Positions 29,794-41,019 of a stretch of DNA of 64,000 bases are shown here, one piece after another. Each line of letters starts with the position of its first letter. The first letter of the stretch is position 1. Origin of the DNA: a virus (taxonomy: Duplodnaviria; Caudoviricetes); the IMG/VR virus record IMGVR_UViG_3300031555_003522, positions 96,001 to 160,000 of that record; one strand, given 5' to 3'. The position numbers and the translations under genes were made by a program. The notes under the pieces were generated by a model. It was not told where the DNA came from and ran no database searches. It saw only the letters and a list, made by a program, of their open reading frames with translations.

Positions 29794-31041
29794 ATGGCAG
29801 GAATTTTATCTCAACAATTTAGATCCGTTGCATCTAAGCATAAAGATTTTCGTATGAAAGACGAATCTTCTGCTGGTGTTGGCTATTCTACTGGATTTTT
29901 AAATTTTGATTTTATGAACGGAACGGTTGTTCACGTTCGTTCTGAGCAGAGAAATCACAATTACTACTCTGTAGGCATTCAGGATGGTAGTCTTGTTATG
30001 CTTATTGGTAGATCTGGCTGTGGTAAGACCACTTGGGCTGTTCAGACTGCTTCTAATATTATAAGACCTTTTGCTACTGCATGTATTTTTCATGATGATA
30101 TCGAAGGTGGTCTTACAGAATATCGTAAAGAGCTTCTTAGTGGTTTCCATGGAGAGGAACTCAAAAATAGATATATCTCTCGTAATACAGGTATTACAGC
30201 AGAAAACTTCTATGAAAGAGTTAAGATGATTCATGATCTTAAGCTTAATAACAGAGAAGAATATGAATACGATACTGGTTGTTTCGATAGCCGCGGAGAA
30301 AGAATGTTTAAGCTAGAACCCACAGTGTATATTCTAGATTCCGTAGCATTGTTAATGCCTGAAAAATATACAGATGAAGAAGAACTTTCTGGTTCTATGT
30401 CTTCTACTGCTGCTGCTAAGACCAATTCTATGAGTTTTAAGCGTATCGTTCCAATGCTTAAAGCTGCAAATATTATCCTTCTGATGATTAATCACATCAA
30501 TAAAGCAATTTCCATTAATCCTATGATGAAGCAAAAAGCACAGGTATCCTATCTGAAGCAGGATGAATCTCTTCCTGGTGGTAATACTATCGTGTATTTA
30601 ACCAATCTTCTTCTGAGATTTGATGATAATTCTAAGTTTAAGGAAGATGAAGCATTCGGCATTCCTGGAAACTTGGTTGATATCACTCTTGTTAAATCTA
30701 GAAATAATCGTGCTGGTAAAACATGTACACTCGTCTTCGACCAGAATAGAGGATTCGATCCTGAGTTGTCTCTATTCGTTATGCTGAAGAATGAAAAGAG
30801 AATTAATGGCGCTGGAGCATATCTCTATATTGGAGATCGTTCTGATATTAAATTCTCTCAGAAAGCATTTAAATCCAAGCTCAAAGAAAATCCTGAATTA
30901 AGACAGATTTTCATTAAAGAAGTAATGGATGTGCTGAAAGCCGATCTAGATAGATATGATACTGAAGATAATACAGAGTCTTTTGACTATAGCCTTGGTT
31001 CTGATATCATGTCTCAGATTAATTCAGATCTATCTGTGTGA
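29794..31041 (+). CDS. recA: RecA/UvsX-like recombinase
   Basis: STGFLNFDF, GRSGCGKT, ILDSVA, MINHI, PGG, LVKSR. Confidence 0.9.
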   Translation: MAGILSQQFRSVASKHKDFRMKDESSAGVGYSTGFLNFDFMNGTVVHVRSEQRNHNYYSVGIQDGSLVMLIGRSGCGKTTWAVQTASNIIRPFATACIFHDDIEGGLTEYRKELLSGFHGEELKNRYISRNTGITAENFYERVKMIHDLKLNNREEYEYDTGCFDSRGERMFKLEPTVYILDSVALLMPEKYTDEEELSGSMSSTAAAKTNSMSFKRIVPMLKAANIILLMINHINKAISINPMMKQKAQVSYLKQDESLPGGNTIVYLTNLLLRFDDNSKFKEDEAFGIPGNLVDITLVKSRNNRAGKTCTLVFDQNRGFDPELSLFVMLKNEKRINGAGAYLYIGDRSDIKFSQKAFKSKLKENPELRQIFIKEVMDVLKADLDRYDTEDNTESFDYSLGSDIMSQINSDLSV

Positions 31042-31125
31042 TAAAATCTAGATTGAGAATATATTATAGATCTGATGAGAATCATACTCTCATCAGATCT
31101 AATTATTCAGAAGGAGAAACTTGAT

Positions 31126-33333
31126 ATGGCTTCTATGGATTTAATGAATCAGATCCGCCGAGTTAGTGTTCAGAAAGAAGATCATATGCTCGGTAAGGGT
31201 CTTCAAATGCCATTTGCGGCATCAAACTCCGGTAGTAGAAAACTGATGTTTGGAACACAGCTTGAACACAGACTTCCTCTTTTAAATCCGGAGGTTCCGT
31301 TTATTCAAACTGGTTACGAAATGGAGTTCGGTAAATACTCCTCTTCTTATATTACCGCCAAAGAAGATATGACTGTTGTGGGAATTGTTTCAAAATTCTC
31401 TTGGAAGCCTCAGCATCACTATTATATCTTCTGTATTGGAAATGAGACCAAAACTCTGTATATGTTTGAACGTAGAACGTATAAGCATATCACAGAAAAC
31501 TATGGATACCTTTTCAACAATAATGTTATGGATAGCATGACTATTGGGCAGAAGGTATCTAAAGAACAAGTCATTCAGAGCAGTACATCATTTGACGAAT
31601 ATGGAAATAGAATGGATGGCTGCAATCTTCTCACTCTATATACTGCCTGTGAAGAGACTATGGAAGATGCTATCGTTATATCTGAAAGTGCTTCCAAAAA
31701 ATTAGCTTCTCCTCTTGTTAAGAAAGTGAATATTGTTATTAATGATAACGATATTCCGCTTAATTTGTATGGTACTGCTGATTTCTACAAAGCATTCCCT
31801 GATATTGGAGAGGAAAGTGTTCATAGTACTCTTTGCGGTCTTCGGAGAGAAAAGAAAGAAGAATGTTTGTTCTCTCAGTCTTATGCAAGATTAAGAGAAC
31901 TTACTATTTCTGATGAAAAATATACAGTATCTGGTAGAGTTGTAGACATTAATGTCTATTGTAACTCACCCGATAGACTTGGTGAATATGAATATAATTC
32001 TCAGCTTAAGAAATATTATGATGAGAATCTCAGATTCAGCCAGGAAGTTATTAATGTACTCCATCCATATCTCGATCAGGGATATGCTCCCGAATACGAG
32101 TTACAAAGATTGATATCTATTTGTAATGGAGCACTTAATGGTAAACAATATTTTTCTGAAAGAGTATTCTCGAATATTGTATTAGAAGTTACTCTTATTG
32201 AAGAAATTCCTGTTCTTCGTGGTGATAAACTGTCTAATAGATATGGTGGTAAAGGCATTACCTCCAGAATCAAACCAGATAAGTTTATGCCTAAAACAAA
32301 AGATGGACAAACTGTAGATGTTATTCTCAATATGTGTGGTGTTTATGGACGTGAAAATGCTGGTCAGTTGTTTGAGATTACAGTAAGTTATGTATGTATC
32401 AAACTGCTTGAGTTTATTCAGACAAATACTCTAGACGTCGGAGAATGTATAAATCTATATTTAACGCTTTTGAAAATAGTGGCGCCATCTATGGTTTCTT
32501 ATATGGAAAATATGTTCTCATCTATGGATGAAGATGAGTGTATTAGATATATTGGAAATATTTTGTCTAGCGAGAAATCTATTTATCTTGTCATTGAACC
32601 TATGACAGAAAATATGACTATCGATAAAGTAGCAGAACTTTATGAAGCATTTAGCTGGATAAATCAGGAAAAGATGTTGATGCCTATCGTAGACTCTATG
32701 GGAGAAGTAAATTATATTCCGTCTAGACGTCCTATGGTTTATGGATATCAATATATCTATAGATTGAAACAGTATGCAGAGGAAAAGTTCTCCGTTACCT
32801 CACTATCTGCAACCAATATTAGAAATGAGAATAGTAAATCAAAGAGTTCTAATAACTATAAAGCTCTATATTCCCGCACTCCTATTAGATTCGGCGACAT
32901 GGAAACGGGAAATTTAATCCATCTTGGAGCTGAGCTAGTTGTTCAGATGCTTATGCTTTATTCTACATCTCCTAATGCAAGACGTCTTACAGCAGAAATG
33001 CTTACAGGAGATCCTTTCAATATTGATGTAAAACTCGATGATAATTCTACAAATAGAAATGTAGAAATCCTTAATGTGTATCTGAAGACAATGGGTCTAA
33101 AGATTACATTTAAGAAGATTCCCAAAGAAATTAATCATCCTATTCTTATTCAACCAATCACCTTTACCGATCCTAAAGAACACTATGGATCACCTATCAT
33201 ATTCCAGCATCCTGATGAGAAATTCTCTATAGAAGCTGAAGTAGAACGTTTGGTTAATGAGGAAAATGCACCCAAGCATCCTATAGAAATCATTCCCATT
33301 GATTTCCTTAGTGATCTTGAGCCATTTGAATAA
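31126..33333 (+). CDS. rpoB: RNA polymerase beta, C-terminal half (probably non-virion RNAP)
   Basis: SRKLMF, TGYE, MEDAIVISES, GDKLSNRYGGKG, VILN..R.N.GQ, YRLKQ, RFGDME; AAGGAG RBS before ATG 31126. Confidence 0.93.
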   Translation: MASMDLMNQIRRVSVQKEDHMLGKGLQMPFAASNSGSRKLMFGTQLEHRLPLLNPEVPFIQTGYEMEFGKYSSSYITAKEDMTVVGIVSKFSWKPQHHYYIFCIGNETKTLYMFERRTYKHITENYGYLFNNNVMDSMTIGQKVSKEQVIQSSTSFDEYGNRMDGCNLLTLYTACEETMEDAIVISESASKKLASPLVKKVNIVINDNDIPLNLYGTADFYKAFPDIGEESVHSTLCGLRREKKEECLFSQSYARLRELTISDEKYTVSGRVVDINVYCNSPDRLGEYEYNSQLKKYYDENLRFSQEVINVLHPYLDQGYAPEYELQRLISICNGALNGKQYFSERVFSNIVLEVTLIEEIPVLRGDKLSNRYGGKGITSRIKPDKFMPKTKDGQTVDVILNMCGVYGRENAGQLFEITVSYVCIKLLEFIQTNTLDVGECINLYLTLLKIVAPSMVSYMENMFSSMDEDECIRYIGNILSSEKSIYLVIEPMTENMTIDKVAELYEAFSWINQEKMLMPIVDSMGEVNYIPSRRPMVYGYQYIYRLKQYAEEKFSVTSLSATNIRNENSKSKSSNNYKALYSRTPIRFGDMETGNLIHLGAELVVQMLMLYSTSPNARRLTAEMLTGDPFNIDVKLDDNSTNRNVEILNVYLKTMGLKITFKKIPKEINHPILIQPITFTDPKEHYGSPIIFQHPDEKFSIEAEVERLVNEENAPKHPIEIIPIDFLSDLEPFE

Positions 33334-33437
33334 AAATATTATGGGTATAGAGAAAATCTCTATACCCATAATTTCTTAAAAAATCTTAATTTCTTTTTAG
33401 AATATATATTATTTTTATAGAAAGGAGTTAGATCAAA

Positions 33438-35735
33438 ATGCTTAATAAATTAAAAACAATTCTTAATTCCCTTTTAGAAGGAAGCCTAGAATATCTGACT
33501 GTTGATAATATTACACAAGTATCTCAAGAAGCAGTTAGAATTATTCAAAAGCCCGAGCCATTAGATCAGTATGATGTAATGTGTATGGGTATTATAATTT
33601 CTATTAGTCAGATCGTCTATAATAATACAGATAGATCTATATTATTCTTAGATGATGGCGTTTATGACCTACTGCTTGAAAGATATCGTGTATATAATGA
33701 AAACTTTCAAGTTGGAGCACCGGTTATAAACTTCAATCAAAACGGAGAAGAAACAAAAGAAATCGAATATTCTGAACCTATTAGTTTCATCTCGGATGAT
33801 CCTCAAAAGTTTATAGATAATAGTCTATATTATAATGACTTATCTAAACATCCGCCACTGGACTTGAGGCTATTTCCTCAAATCGATAGAAATTCTGGAG
33901 TATTAATATCAAAGAAGAATGTGAGTGTTCCTCACATGTATCCTAAGCTTGTTGGATCTTTAGATAAATGCAAGTTCACTTTGGATAATGAAGCTATTGA
34001 ACGCGGAGTGTATAATGATCCTTCTGTAAAGATCTTTGAACGAGATTTTCTTGCAAAGCATCTTAGAATGGGTCTTATTGATATGGCTACCCCATTTGAA
34101 TTAATAGCTGAATTAAAGTACGATGGCGTATCTGTAGAGGCTGATGTTACTCATGAAATATTGAGTGCAAGATCCAGAGGAGACGCCAATAATGATCTTG
34201 CAGCAGATATGTCTGAAATCTTTAGAGGATATCGTTTCCCTTATGCAGAGGTATTGCCTAAAGAAGAAGCTTTTGGCATGAAGTTTGAGGCCATCATGTC
34301 TTATGCGGATTTAAATGTAATGGCCGAGCTTAGAGGTAAAGACTACAAGAATAGTCGTAATGGTATCATTGGATTACTCGGTGCATCTGATGCATATAAT
34401 TTCAGAGATCTTATAACTCTTGTACCTCTTGCTACTTCATTTGAAGGTATTGATAGAGTTACAGAAATAGAATTTCTTAATAAGTATTACCATTCTGGAG
34501 AATATCTCAGATATTCTATTCTGCGTGGAACTTATGTAGATATCCTGTATCAAGTATATCAGTTTGTTAAAGAAGCTGAGACTATGAGATCATCTTTACC
34601 TTTTATGTATGATGGAGTAGTTATCTCTTATAGAGATCCGAAGATTATAGAGGCTTTGGGTAGAGAGAATTCTATCAATAAATATAGTATGGCTATCAAG
34701 TTTAATCCATTGGTTAAAGAAACTACCTTTATTGGATACAGCTATACTGTTGGTCAGGATGGAGTAATTACTCCTATGATTCATTATAATGCTGTAGAAT
34801 TCTATGGAACTATTCACACAAAATCTAGCGGTCATTCTTATAAGAGATTTATGGATCTTGGATTGGCTAAGGGCGATGTCATCCAGGTAGAGTATACTAA
34901 TGATGTAATGCCTTATGTAACAAAACCTAGGGTATCTAAAAACTTCATTAATAGAAATCCTCCTATTCCATTCCCGGAGTTCTGTCCTTATTGCAACACC
35001 AAGATTATCATTCATGAATCTGGAAGATCTGCCACATGTCCCAATATGAATTGTCCAGATAGAGTGGTATCTAGAGTTGCTAATATGGCTGCTAAATTAG
35101 GTCTTAAGGATTTTGGAGAAGAGACTTTTAGACGCCTTGGAACCAGATCTCTGACAGAGATGTTCAATTACACCTATGACGATCTTGCAATACTTGGGCC
35201 TTTAAACGCCGAAAAGCTACTGAGTAGAATAAATGAGCTCAAAACAACACCAATATATGATTTTAAAGCCATCGGTGCTATTGGATTTACAAGTGTTGCT
35301 ATTGAAACATGGAAGAAGATCCTCAATGTATTACCGTTTGCAAGAATTATTACAGATTCTGATGCAGATCTTTATGATGATCTTGTATCTATTAAGGGTA
35401 TTGGCCCAAAGATTGCTGAGACAATAGTAAATGAAAGAGTCTATTTAAAGGACGACATTAATTCTATTTTCTCTATGCCGAATATTGTATCCTCCCTTGG
35501 AATGAAAGCAAGTAAAGTTATAAGATTCACTGGCTGTAGACCAGATGACGACTTGTATAACTATCTTTGTTCAAGAGGCTGTGATGCAAATAAGGACGGA
35601 AGTGTGACTAAGAATACAGACGTTCTTGTTGTTCCCTATATTGGGTTTACTTCATCTAAAACAAGTAAAGTTGGTTTAGGTACAAGAGTTGTAGACATGG
35701 TCGCATTCAGAGCAAATCCTGACATGTATTTATAG
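33438..35735 (+). CDS. ligA: NAD-dependent DNA ligase
   Basis: ELKYDG, SRGD, YDGVV, AIKF, TVGQDGVITP, CPYC..CPNMNC, HhH, BRCT-like end. Confidence 0.93.
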   Translation: MLNKLKTILNSLLEGSLEYLTVDNITQVSQEAVRIIQKPEPLDQYDVMCMGIIISISQIVYNNTDRSILFLDDGVYDLLLERYRVYNENFQVGAPVINFNQNGEETKEIEYSEPISFISDDPQKFIDNSLYYNDLSKHPPLDLRLFPQIDRNSGVLISKKNVSVPHMYPKLVGSLDKCKFTLDNEAIERGVYNDPSVKIFERDFLAKHLRMGLIDMATPFELIAELKYDGVSVEADVTHEILSARSRGDANNDLAADMSEIFRGYRFPYAEVLPKEEAFGMKFEAIMSYADLNVMAELRGKDYKNSRNGIIGLLGASDAYNFRDLITLVPLATSFEGIDRVTEIEFLNKYYHSGEYLRYSILRGTYVDILYQVYQFVKEAETMRSSLPFMYDGVVISYRDPKIIEALGRENSINKYSMAIKFNPLVKETTFIGYSYTVGQDGVITPMIHYNAVEFYGTIHTKSSGHSYKRFMDLGLAKGDVIQVEYTNDVMPYVTKPRVSKNFINRNPPIPFPEFCPYCNTKIIIHESGRSATCPNMNCPDRVVSRVANMAAKLGLKDFGEETFRRLGTRSLTEMFNYTYDDLAILGPLNAEKLLSRINELKTTPIYDFKAIGAIGFTSVAIETWKKILNVLPFARIITDSDADLYDDLVSIKGIGPKIAETIVNERVYLKDDINSIFSMPNIVSSLGMKASKVIRFTGCRPDDDLYNYLCSRGCDANKDGSVTKNTDVLVVPYIGFTSSKTSKVGLGTRVVDMVAFRANPDMYL

Positions 35736-35851
35736 TCTGTAAAATCTTACAAAATTATAAACTGATTATTAAACGTATATTATAAGTTTGATCTGAGCCT
35801 CTCGGGTAGACTCGAGAGGCTTTAATCATAATACAAGGAGGACAAAAAGTC

Positions 35852-36466
35852 ATGAGCAAACAATTCGAACTCGGTAATACCTCTATCCCCAGTCAGTTTA
35901 GCGTAAATTTGAAAAATAATTACGGTCTGATCTGGCTGGAAGCTAGAACCGCGGACTTCTATCGTGTAGTCCTTGGAACTTTTGCAGATTGCTGCAGACT
36001 GTATCAGTCTAAGGCAAATTCTCGTATCGGCCTGTCCCTTAAGGATGATAAGGGCAATTTTATCTTTGGCACTATTCTGTCTTTCCAGAAGCCTGAGGAA
36101 GAGTCTGAAGATGATTCCGGTAACTGGTATCTGGAATTCACTATGGATGAGGCCGACATGATTGATCTCGATATTGATATTGACAATCATAGCCGTGAAT
36201 TCATCCAGACTGCTATTCTGAAATGCAATTCTGTTATGAATGGTCGTTTCAAGAATACAGAAGTTCTGTATCATATGTTTATCGAAGCAATTAATACACT
36301 CACCACCTTCCTTGATGTAAACGCTACCGAAGGTGAGGAAGTTGAAGTTGTTTTGCGTGCAGTATTTACTGCTACTGTTGCATACGATGATGAAGGAAAG
36401 AAAATCTTCTCCATCATTCCTGGTGAATATATTAAGCAGCTCATTAAGAACGATGCTGCTCTGTGA
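35852..36466 (+). CDS. Acidic hypothetical protein, first gene of the RNAP beta-N operon (candidate sRNA target)
   Basis: AAGGAGG RBS; early-type promoter 35776 and 5' hairpin. Confidence 0.88.
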   Translation: MSKQFELGNTSIPSQFSVNLKNNYGLIWLEARTADFYRVVLGTFADCCRLYQSKANSRIGLSLKDDKGNFIFGTILSFQKPEEESEDDSGNWYLEFTMDEADMIDLDIDIDNHSREFIQTAILKCNSVMNGRFKNTEVLYHMFIEAINTLTTFLDVNATEGEEVEVVLRAVFTATVAYDDEGKKIFSIIPGEYIKQLIKNDAAL

Positions 36467-36540
36467 TTTAAATCACGATGACCGGATGGGGTCTTCCCAT
36501 CCGGTTTATTTTTAATCTTCTAGAAAGGGGTTATAAACCT

Positions 36541-37203
36541 ATGTCTTTAGTAAAGGCTAAAATAGGTGAAACCATCTATGATGTAGTCAGCTACGAAGAA
36601 TATTATAGAAATATGTCACTATATCCAGCAGCATATACTGCTATTAGATATGGTGATGGGTATATATATCCCATTAGACCTCTGTCTGACTATAGACCTG
36701 GCGCATATATGACAGGATGTTTGGATGTTTTTAAACCTCCTACGACTGCTACAGAATGCGCTATGTATAGTGAACAGAATATCATAGATTTCACTAAGGC
36801 TGAAGGTATGAGAGATCTCATAACCTGTAGCCAGATGCTCAATGCCGCAGAGAGATCTATTCTTACAAATATAGACAACCTATTTATTCCCGATATTGGT
36901 GAGAATGATACTCCTGAAATGCAGGCTCTTAAACAGGCGATTATTGCAAAGCATATAGATCTCGATAAGTATGAACCTCGGTTTGGCCCTAATTATAATA
37001 ATGATAAGAGACTTCTGAGGAAGGATAGAATCACATTTGATAAATTCCGTACAATTGGTGAATGTTTGGATATTAAGGCAACTTTAACCATTGAAGATGC
37101 TAACCCTGATGTTCCTAATCCTATTGGACGAGCTATTAGTGTAGAAATTACTGGCCGTCCTATGTCTATCGATGGCGATGGTGAAGTGGAGGTACAGGAA
37201 TGA
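36541..37203 (+). CDS. Hypothetical protein
   Basis: Probable start ATG 36541; ATGA-coupled to the next gene. Confidence 0.8.
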   Translation: MSLVKAKIGETIYDVVSYEEYYRNMSLYPAAYTAIRYGDGYIYPIRPLSDYRPGAYMTGCLDVFKPPTTATECAMYSEQNIIDFTKAEGMRDLITCSQMLNAAERSILTNIDNLFIPDIGENDTPEMQALKQAIIAKHIDLDKYEPRFGPNYNNDKRLLRKDRITFDKFRTIGECLDIKATLTIEDANPDVPNPIGRAISVEITGRPMSIDGDGEVEVQE

Positions 37204-38975
37204 ATCAACGTGAAGCCATTGCTGGTTTTATAAATGAAAACCGAGCAAAATTTAATCCGTTATTCTTTCAAAGAGATGAAGATGAAATCATCAAAGAATT
37301 GATGAATGTAATTAAATCTTGTGAAAGAGATAATAAGTATTTTACTATTAAAGTACAATCATATAGAATCATTGATGATTATGATGAAATCAATCAGATT
37401 CTCTTTGATTATTATGAGAGTACTACAAAAAATAAATCCAAGGCTAAGAAACGAGACAATCAATATGGATTTATTAATCTTAATGAGTCTTATATTAGAC
37501 TCTTGATTGTGACTTATTATGTCAAGGATAGTAAAGAGGATGGTACAATTGATGTTGTGATCGCTGTACCTAGAATTATTGATAGATACTATTTCAAGAT
37601 TAATGGAATTATGAGATCCACTCTGTTCCAGATAGTCGATGGTAGTACCTATAATAATGGTACTTCTAATGCTAAAACTCCTAGTATTACTCTTAAGATT
37701 ATCTTTATGGCAACAAGAGTTACAAGATATTTCTTAAGTGTAAAAACAACTGAAGGAGACGAATTAAAGCTTACACATTATTACTCTCGTATCTTTAGTA
37801 AGGGTGTGAGCGCTGCAAAATATATATTTGCAAAGTTTGGCTTCTTAGGAGGATTAGATTTCTTCGGTCTTGCAAATGGATCTATCTTTATTACCAAAAA
37901 TGATCCTTGTGATACTAGCCTATATACCATTCAGTTACAGAATGAATGTTATATAAATAGTCCTAAAATGATTCTTGATAATAATGTGCTTGTACAATCT
38001 GTTATAGCAACACTATATCAAAATATCATTCCTTCTATGGATTATGAGACTATCTTTGATCCTGTTTTCTGGGTAAGAAGCCTTGGAGTAGAATTTAGTG
38101 GTGGCGGAGCCGAAAGACTTGCTGCTATTATGGATCCTGAAGATGATACCGTTACAGATACCTACGATAAAGGTTGTAGCATTCTTGATTCTTTCGAATC
38201 TATATATGATATCAGTACAAGAGAGTCTATTAAGCTCCCTGAAGAAGATAAAGCTACCACTTATCATATTCTTAGATGGATTATGAGAGAATTTAATGCC
38301 CTCAGAGTAAAGGATAATCTTGACATTAGTTGTAAGAAAATTCGATTCGCTGAGTATATTGCATCTCTCTATGCGTTTAAGATCGCTAAGGGTATATATC
38401 GTGTATCTGATATGAATAAGAAGGCTAGTATATTAAGCATTCGTAAAGCTATTAGAACCGATCCGAATTTCCTTTTAGCCGCTATAACCAAATCTAAAAT
38501 GGTATCTTATCGTAATATGGTTAGCGATATGGATTCTATGCAAGCCCTTAAATTCACATATAAAGGTGTATCTGGACTTGGAGAGAATTCTAATCAGTCT
38601 ATTCCTGATATTTATCGTTCTATTCATCCTAGTCATATAGGAAGAGTAGACCTTGATGCGTCTTCTGATGGTAATCCTGGTATTACTGGAACAATCTGTC
38701 CTTTCGCATCTATCTATGACGGCTTCTTTGAAGATTATCAGGAGCCTAATAGCTGGGAACAGGATTTTATGTCTGTAATGGATGACTATAAGAAAGCTAC
38801 CAATTTGAAAGATGCTATGATCTTTGAAGAAAAAATTCTTGGTACGGATAGACATGAAGATATAGAAGCTACCTCTGAAGTCATCGCTACGATGCAACAA
38901 ATCATTAAACCTGTTCTTTTTGCAGATCAGGGAGAGATTGTTTCATTGGAGGATGTTTATAATGGCAGCTATTAA
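37200..38975 (+). CDS. rpoB: RNA polymerase beta, N-terminal half
   Basis: YFKING..FQIVD and RSIHPSHIGRVDLDASSDGNPGITG (beta RDVHPTHYGRVC..EGPNIG). Confidence 0.85.
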   Translation: MNQREAIAGFINENRAKFNPLFFQRDEDEIIKELMNVIKSCERDNKYFTIKVQSYRIIDDYDEINQILFDYYESTTKNKSKAKKRDNQYGFINLNESYIRLLIVTYYVKDSKEDGTIDVVIAVPRIIDRYYFKINGIMRSTLFQIVDGSTYNNGTSNAKTPSITLKIIFMATRVTRYFLSVKTTEGDELKLTHYYSRIFSKGVSAAKYIFAKFGFLGGLDFFGLANGSIFITKNDPCDTSLYTIQLQNECYINSPKMILDNNVLVQSVIATLYQNIIPSMDYETIFDPVFWVRSLGVEFSGGGAERLAAIMDPEDDTVTDTYDKGCSILDSFESIYDISTRESIKLPEEDKATTYHILRWIMREFNALRVKDNLDISCKKIRFAEYIASLYAFKIAKGIYRVSDMNKKASILSIRKAIRTDPNFLLAAITKSKMVSYRNMVSDMDSMQALKFTYKGVSGLGENSNQSIPDIYRSIHPSHIGRVDLDASSDGNPGITGTICPFASIYDGFFEDYQEPNSWEQDFMSVMDDYKKATNLKDAMIFEEKILGTDRHEDIEATSEVIATMQQIIKPVLFADQGEIVSLEDVYNGSY

Positions 38976-39189
38976 ATACTTCCTGTATTCCTCTGAGCAA
39001 CTTAAACTTAGAAAGTCTGTAGAATCTAAGATGGGAAGAGTTTTTAGAACTGGTACAGTTATTGTGAATGGAAAGAGAAAGCCATTTACAGAACTGTCAT
39101 CTAAGCCTACATCTAGATTCTCAGATGCTATAGTTGTTGCTTCTGGGGATCCTACCTTGATGAACTATACACTGCCTGAAGGAGGCTAA
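38962..39189 (+). CDS. Small basic hypothetical protein
   Basis: GGAGG RBS before ATG 38962. Confidence 0.75.
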   Translation: MAAIKYFLYSSEQLKLRKSVESKMGRVFRTGTVIVNGKRKPFTELSSKPTSRFSDAIVVASGDPTLMNYTLPEGG

Positions 39190-39190
39190 T

Positions 39191-39466
39191 ATGTCATCAA
39201 AGAAGTTTAAGAATAAGCTTAAAGGTAAAAACAATAAAACAGCTTATTCTGTACCCGAGTATAATCACTATACTCAGTTTAAAGAAATCCATTTGGCATC
39301 AGATGGAATACTTACCATATGTAAAGCTATAACCATAGATGGTGTAGAAGAATTTTACGTATGGGATAACCCTAAACATCGTGAATTAGTTCGAAAGAAT
39401 TGTATCAAAGATGTAAAAATTATAGAAGGCCCTAATTTGGGTAAGGGGTGGAATTATGGAATCTAA
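39191..39466 (+). CDS. Hypothetical protein
   Basis: AGGAGG RBS, operonic. Confidence 0.75.
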   Translation: MSSKKFKNKLKGKNNKTAYSVPEYNHYTQFKEIHLASDGILTICKAITIDGVEEFYVWDNPKHRELVRKNCIKDVKIIEGPNLGKGWNYGI

Positions 39467-39794
39467 TAAAGAAATCCAAATAGAGCCTATAGAGATTTAT
39501 GGAGCAGGCGGATGTCCAAATTGTTCCTCAACTCTATATGTTGCTGATTCCGAATTAACTCTAATGGAAGTTAATAGAGATGGGATTCCTATCTCAGAAA
39601 CAACCACAATAACCTGTAAAGCCATATGCCCTAATTGTGGAACAAGAATACCTATGATGAGATACAATGGAGCATATGTTCCTTATAGTATTGATGCAGA
39701 GATTTGGAACGAAATTCAAAGAAAAGATAGAGCTGAGGCTCGTCTTAAGCAATTGAATGGTAATTCAAACCCTCTGGTAAATGAAGATACATGA
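39456..39794 (+). CDS. Zn-ribbon protein
   Basis: CPNC..CPNC. Confidence 0.8.
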   Translation: MESNKEIQIEPIEIYGAGGCPNCSSTLYVADSELTLMEVNRDGIPISETTTITCKAICPNCGTRIPMMRYNGAYVPYSIDAEIWNEIQRKDRAEARLKQLNGNSNPLVNEDT

Positions 39795-39828
39795 GGATAT
39801 TTAATAAAATTATTAAGGAGGAAGAAAG

Positions 39829-40515
39829 ATGAAAACCGCATATGCCAGCTTAAAGACTCATTTTGATACTATGATAATGGGTGGTAGACGTAGATATAGA
39901 CCTGATGGTTATGAATCTCTGCGCGATACCTATGAAATTGCATATGATATCAAGATTCCTTTGTTCGATATTTATAGGGAAAAACTCGATTGTAATACGA
40001 ACCCTATTGGTTATATCGCAACTCTTATGGGCCCCGAAGCAAAGGTTGATGATATTCCCTTTGGAATTATGGTAGATGGGGATAATATTGTTTATAGCCA
40101 TGCTATAAATGAAGATTACAGAAGCATAATTACAGATAAGCAGATATCTATATATATCTGTGAAGTATATTCTGCCATTAGAGGCATTATTAAGCAGGAT
40201 AAGTTCTATCTTGGCGATAAAGAAGCTAGAACTAATATGCTTGTAGCTGTAACTCGTGCTCTCCCCTTCTATTTAACCTTCTTCCACTTTAAGGCTATCC
40301 TTTCGAATGGATCTATTAGCGGAGACCCCAAGATTATTGGAGAAAAAGCATCAGAAGCATTTGTGATGATTCTTGAGAAGTATATCACAAATACAGAAGA
40401 AGATGCTAAAGCTCTTTTGGAATTCCTTCTGAATAAGAATAATACATTCAGCGATGATATATCCATTATTTACCGTCAGATGACGTTTAATAATAAGATT
40501 GAACTGTTTGTATAA
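39829..40515 (+). CDS. Hypothetical protein
   Basis: AAGGAGG RBS; terminator about 40525-40564. Confidence 0.8.
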   Translation: MKTAYASLKTHFDTMIMGGRRRYRPDGYESLRDTYEIAYDIKIPLFDIYREKLDCNTNPIGYIATLMGPEAKVDDIPFGIMVDGDNIVYSHAINEDYRSIITDKQISIYICEVYSAIRGIIKQDKFYLGDKEARTNMLVAVTRALPFYLTFFHFKAILSNGSISGDPKIIGEKASEAFVMILEKYITNTEEDAKALLEFLLNKNNTFSDDISIIYRQMTFNNKIELFV

Positions 40516-40581
40516 CTTATAAAATAAATGCGGGCGAGATTACATCAAACCCGCATTCTTTTTTGAAAGGAGAATCGATTT

Positions 40582-40926
40582 ATGGCTGCAAATAAACCAT
40601 ATGACATAACTCCGATTCCTCAAGAACCTATAGAAGAAGGACTTATAAATCCTATTATCTTTAATAGACCCGATATGTGCCCAAATTGTAAATCGCAAAA
40701 GGTAGAGCTTATGAGCTTTAATAACTATCCTCAAGGATATAATGGAGCCGTAGATGCTTTTCTATCTGGTTACTTGGTAACATTCGATAAATATGAGATA
40801 AGAAGTATGAGATGTAAGTCCTGTACTAAAGAATTTGTTATCGATTGGGCTGAGGGATTCCCAAAACCCTTAAGAGACACAGATAAAAGTAATATTTTCT
40901 TTATGGAATTTCTTGCAGGTATATGA
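40582..40926 (+). CDS. Zn-ribbon protein
   Basis: CPNC..CKSC; NPIIFN motif. Confidence 0.8.
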   Translation: MAANKPYDITPIPQEPIEEGLINPIIFNRPDMCPNCKSQKVELMSFNNYPQGYNGAVDAFLSGYLVTFDKYEIRSMRCKSCTKEFVIDWAEGFPKPLRDTDKSNIFFMEFLAGI

Positions 40927-41019
40927 CCACTATCGTTTATAAACGATAGTGGTTAGTTATTTTTATCACAATACCTGTCCTATAACTACCTAATAAGGTG
41001 CATTTAGGAGGCAACAAAA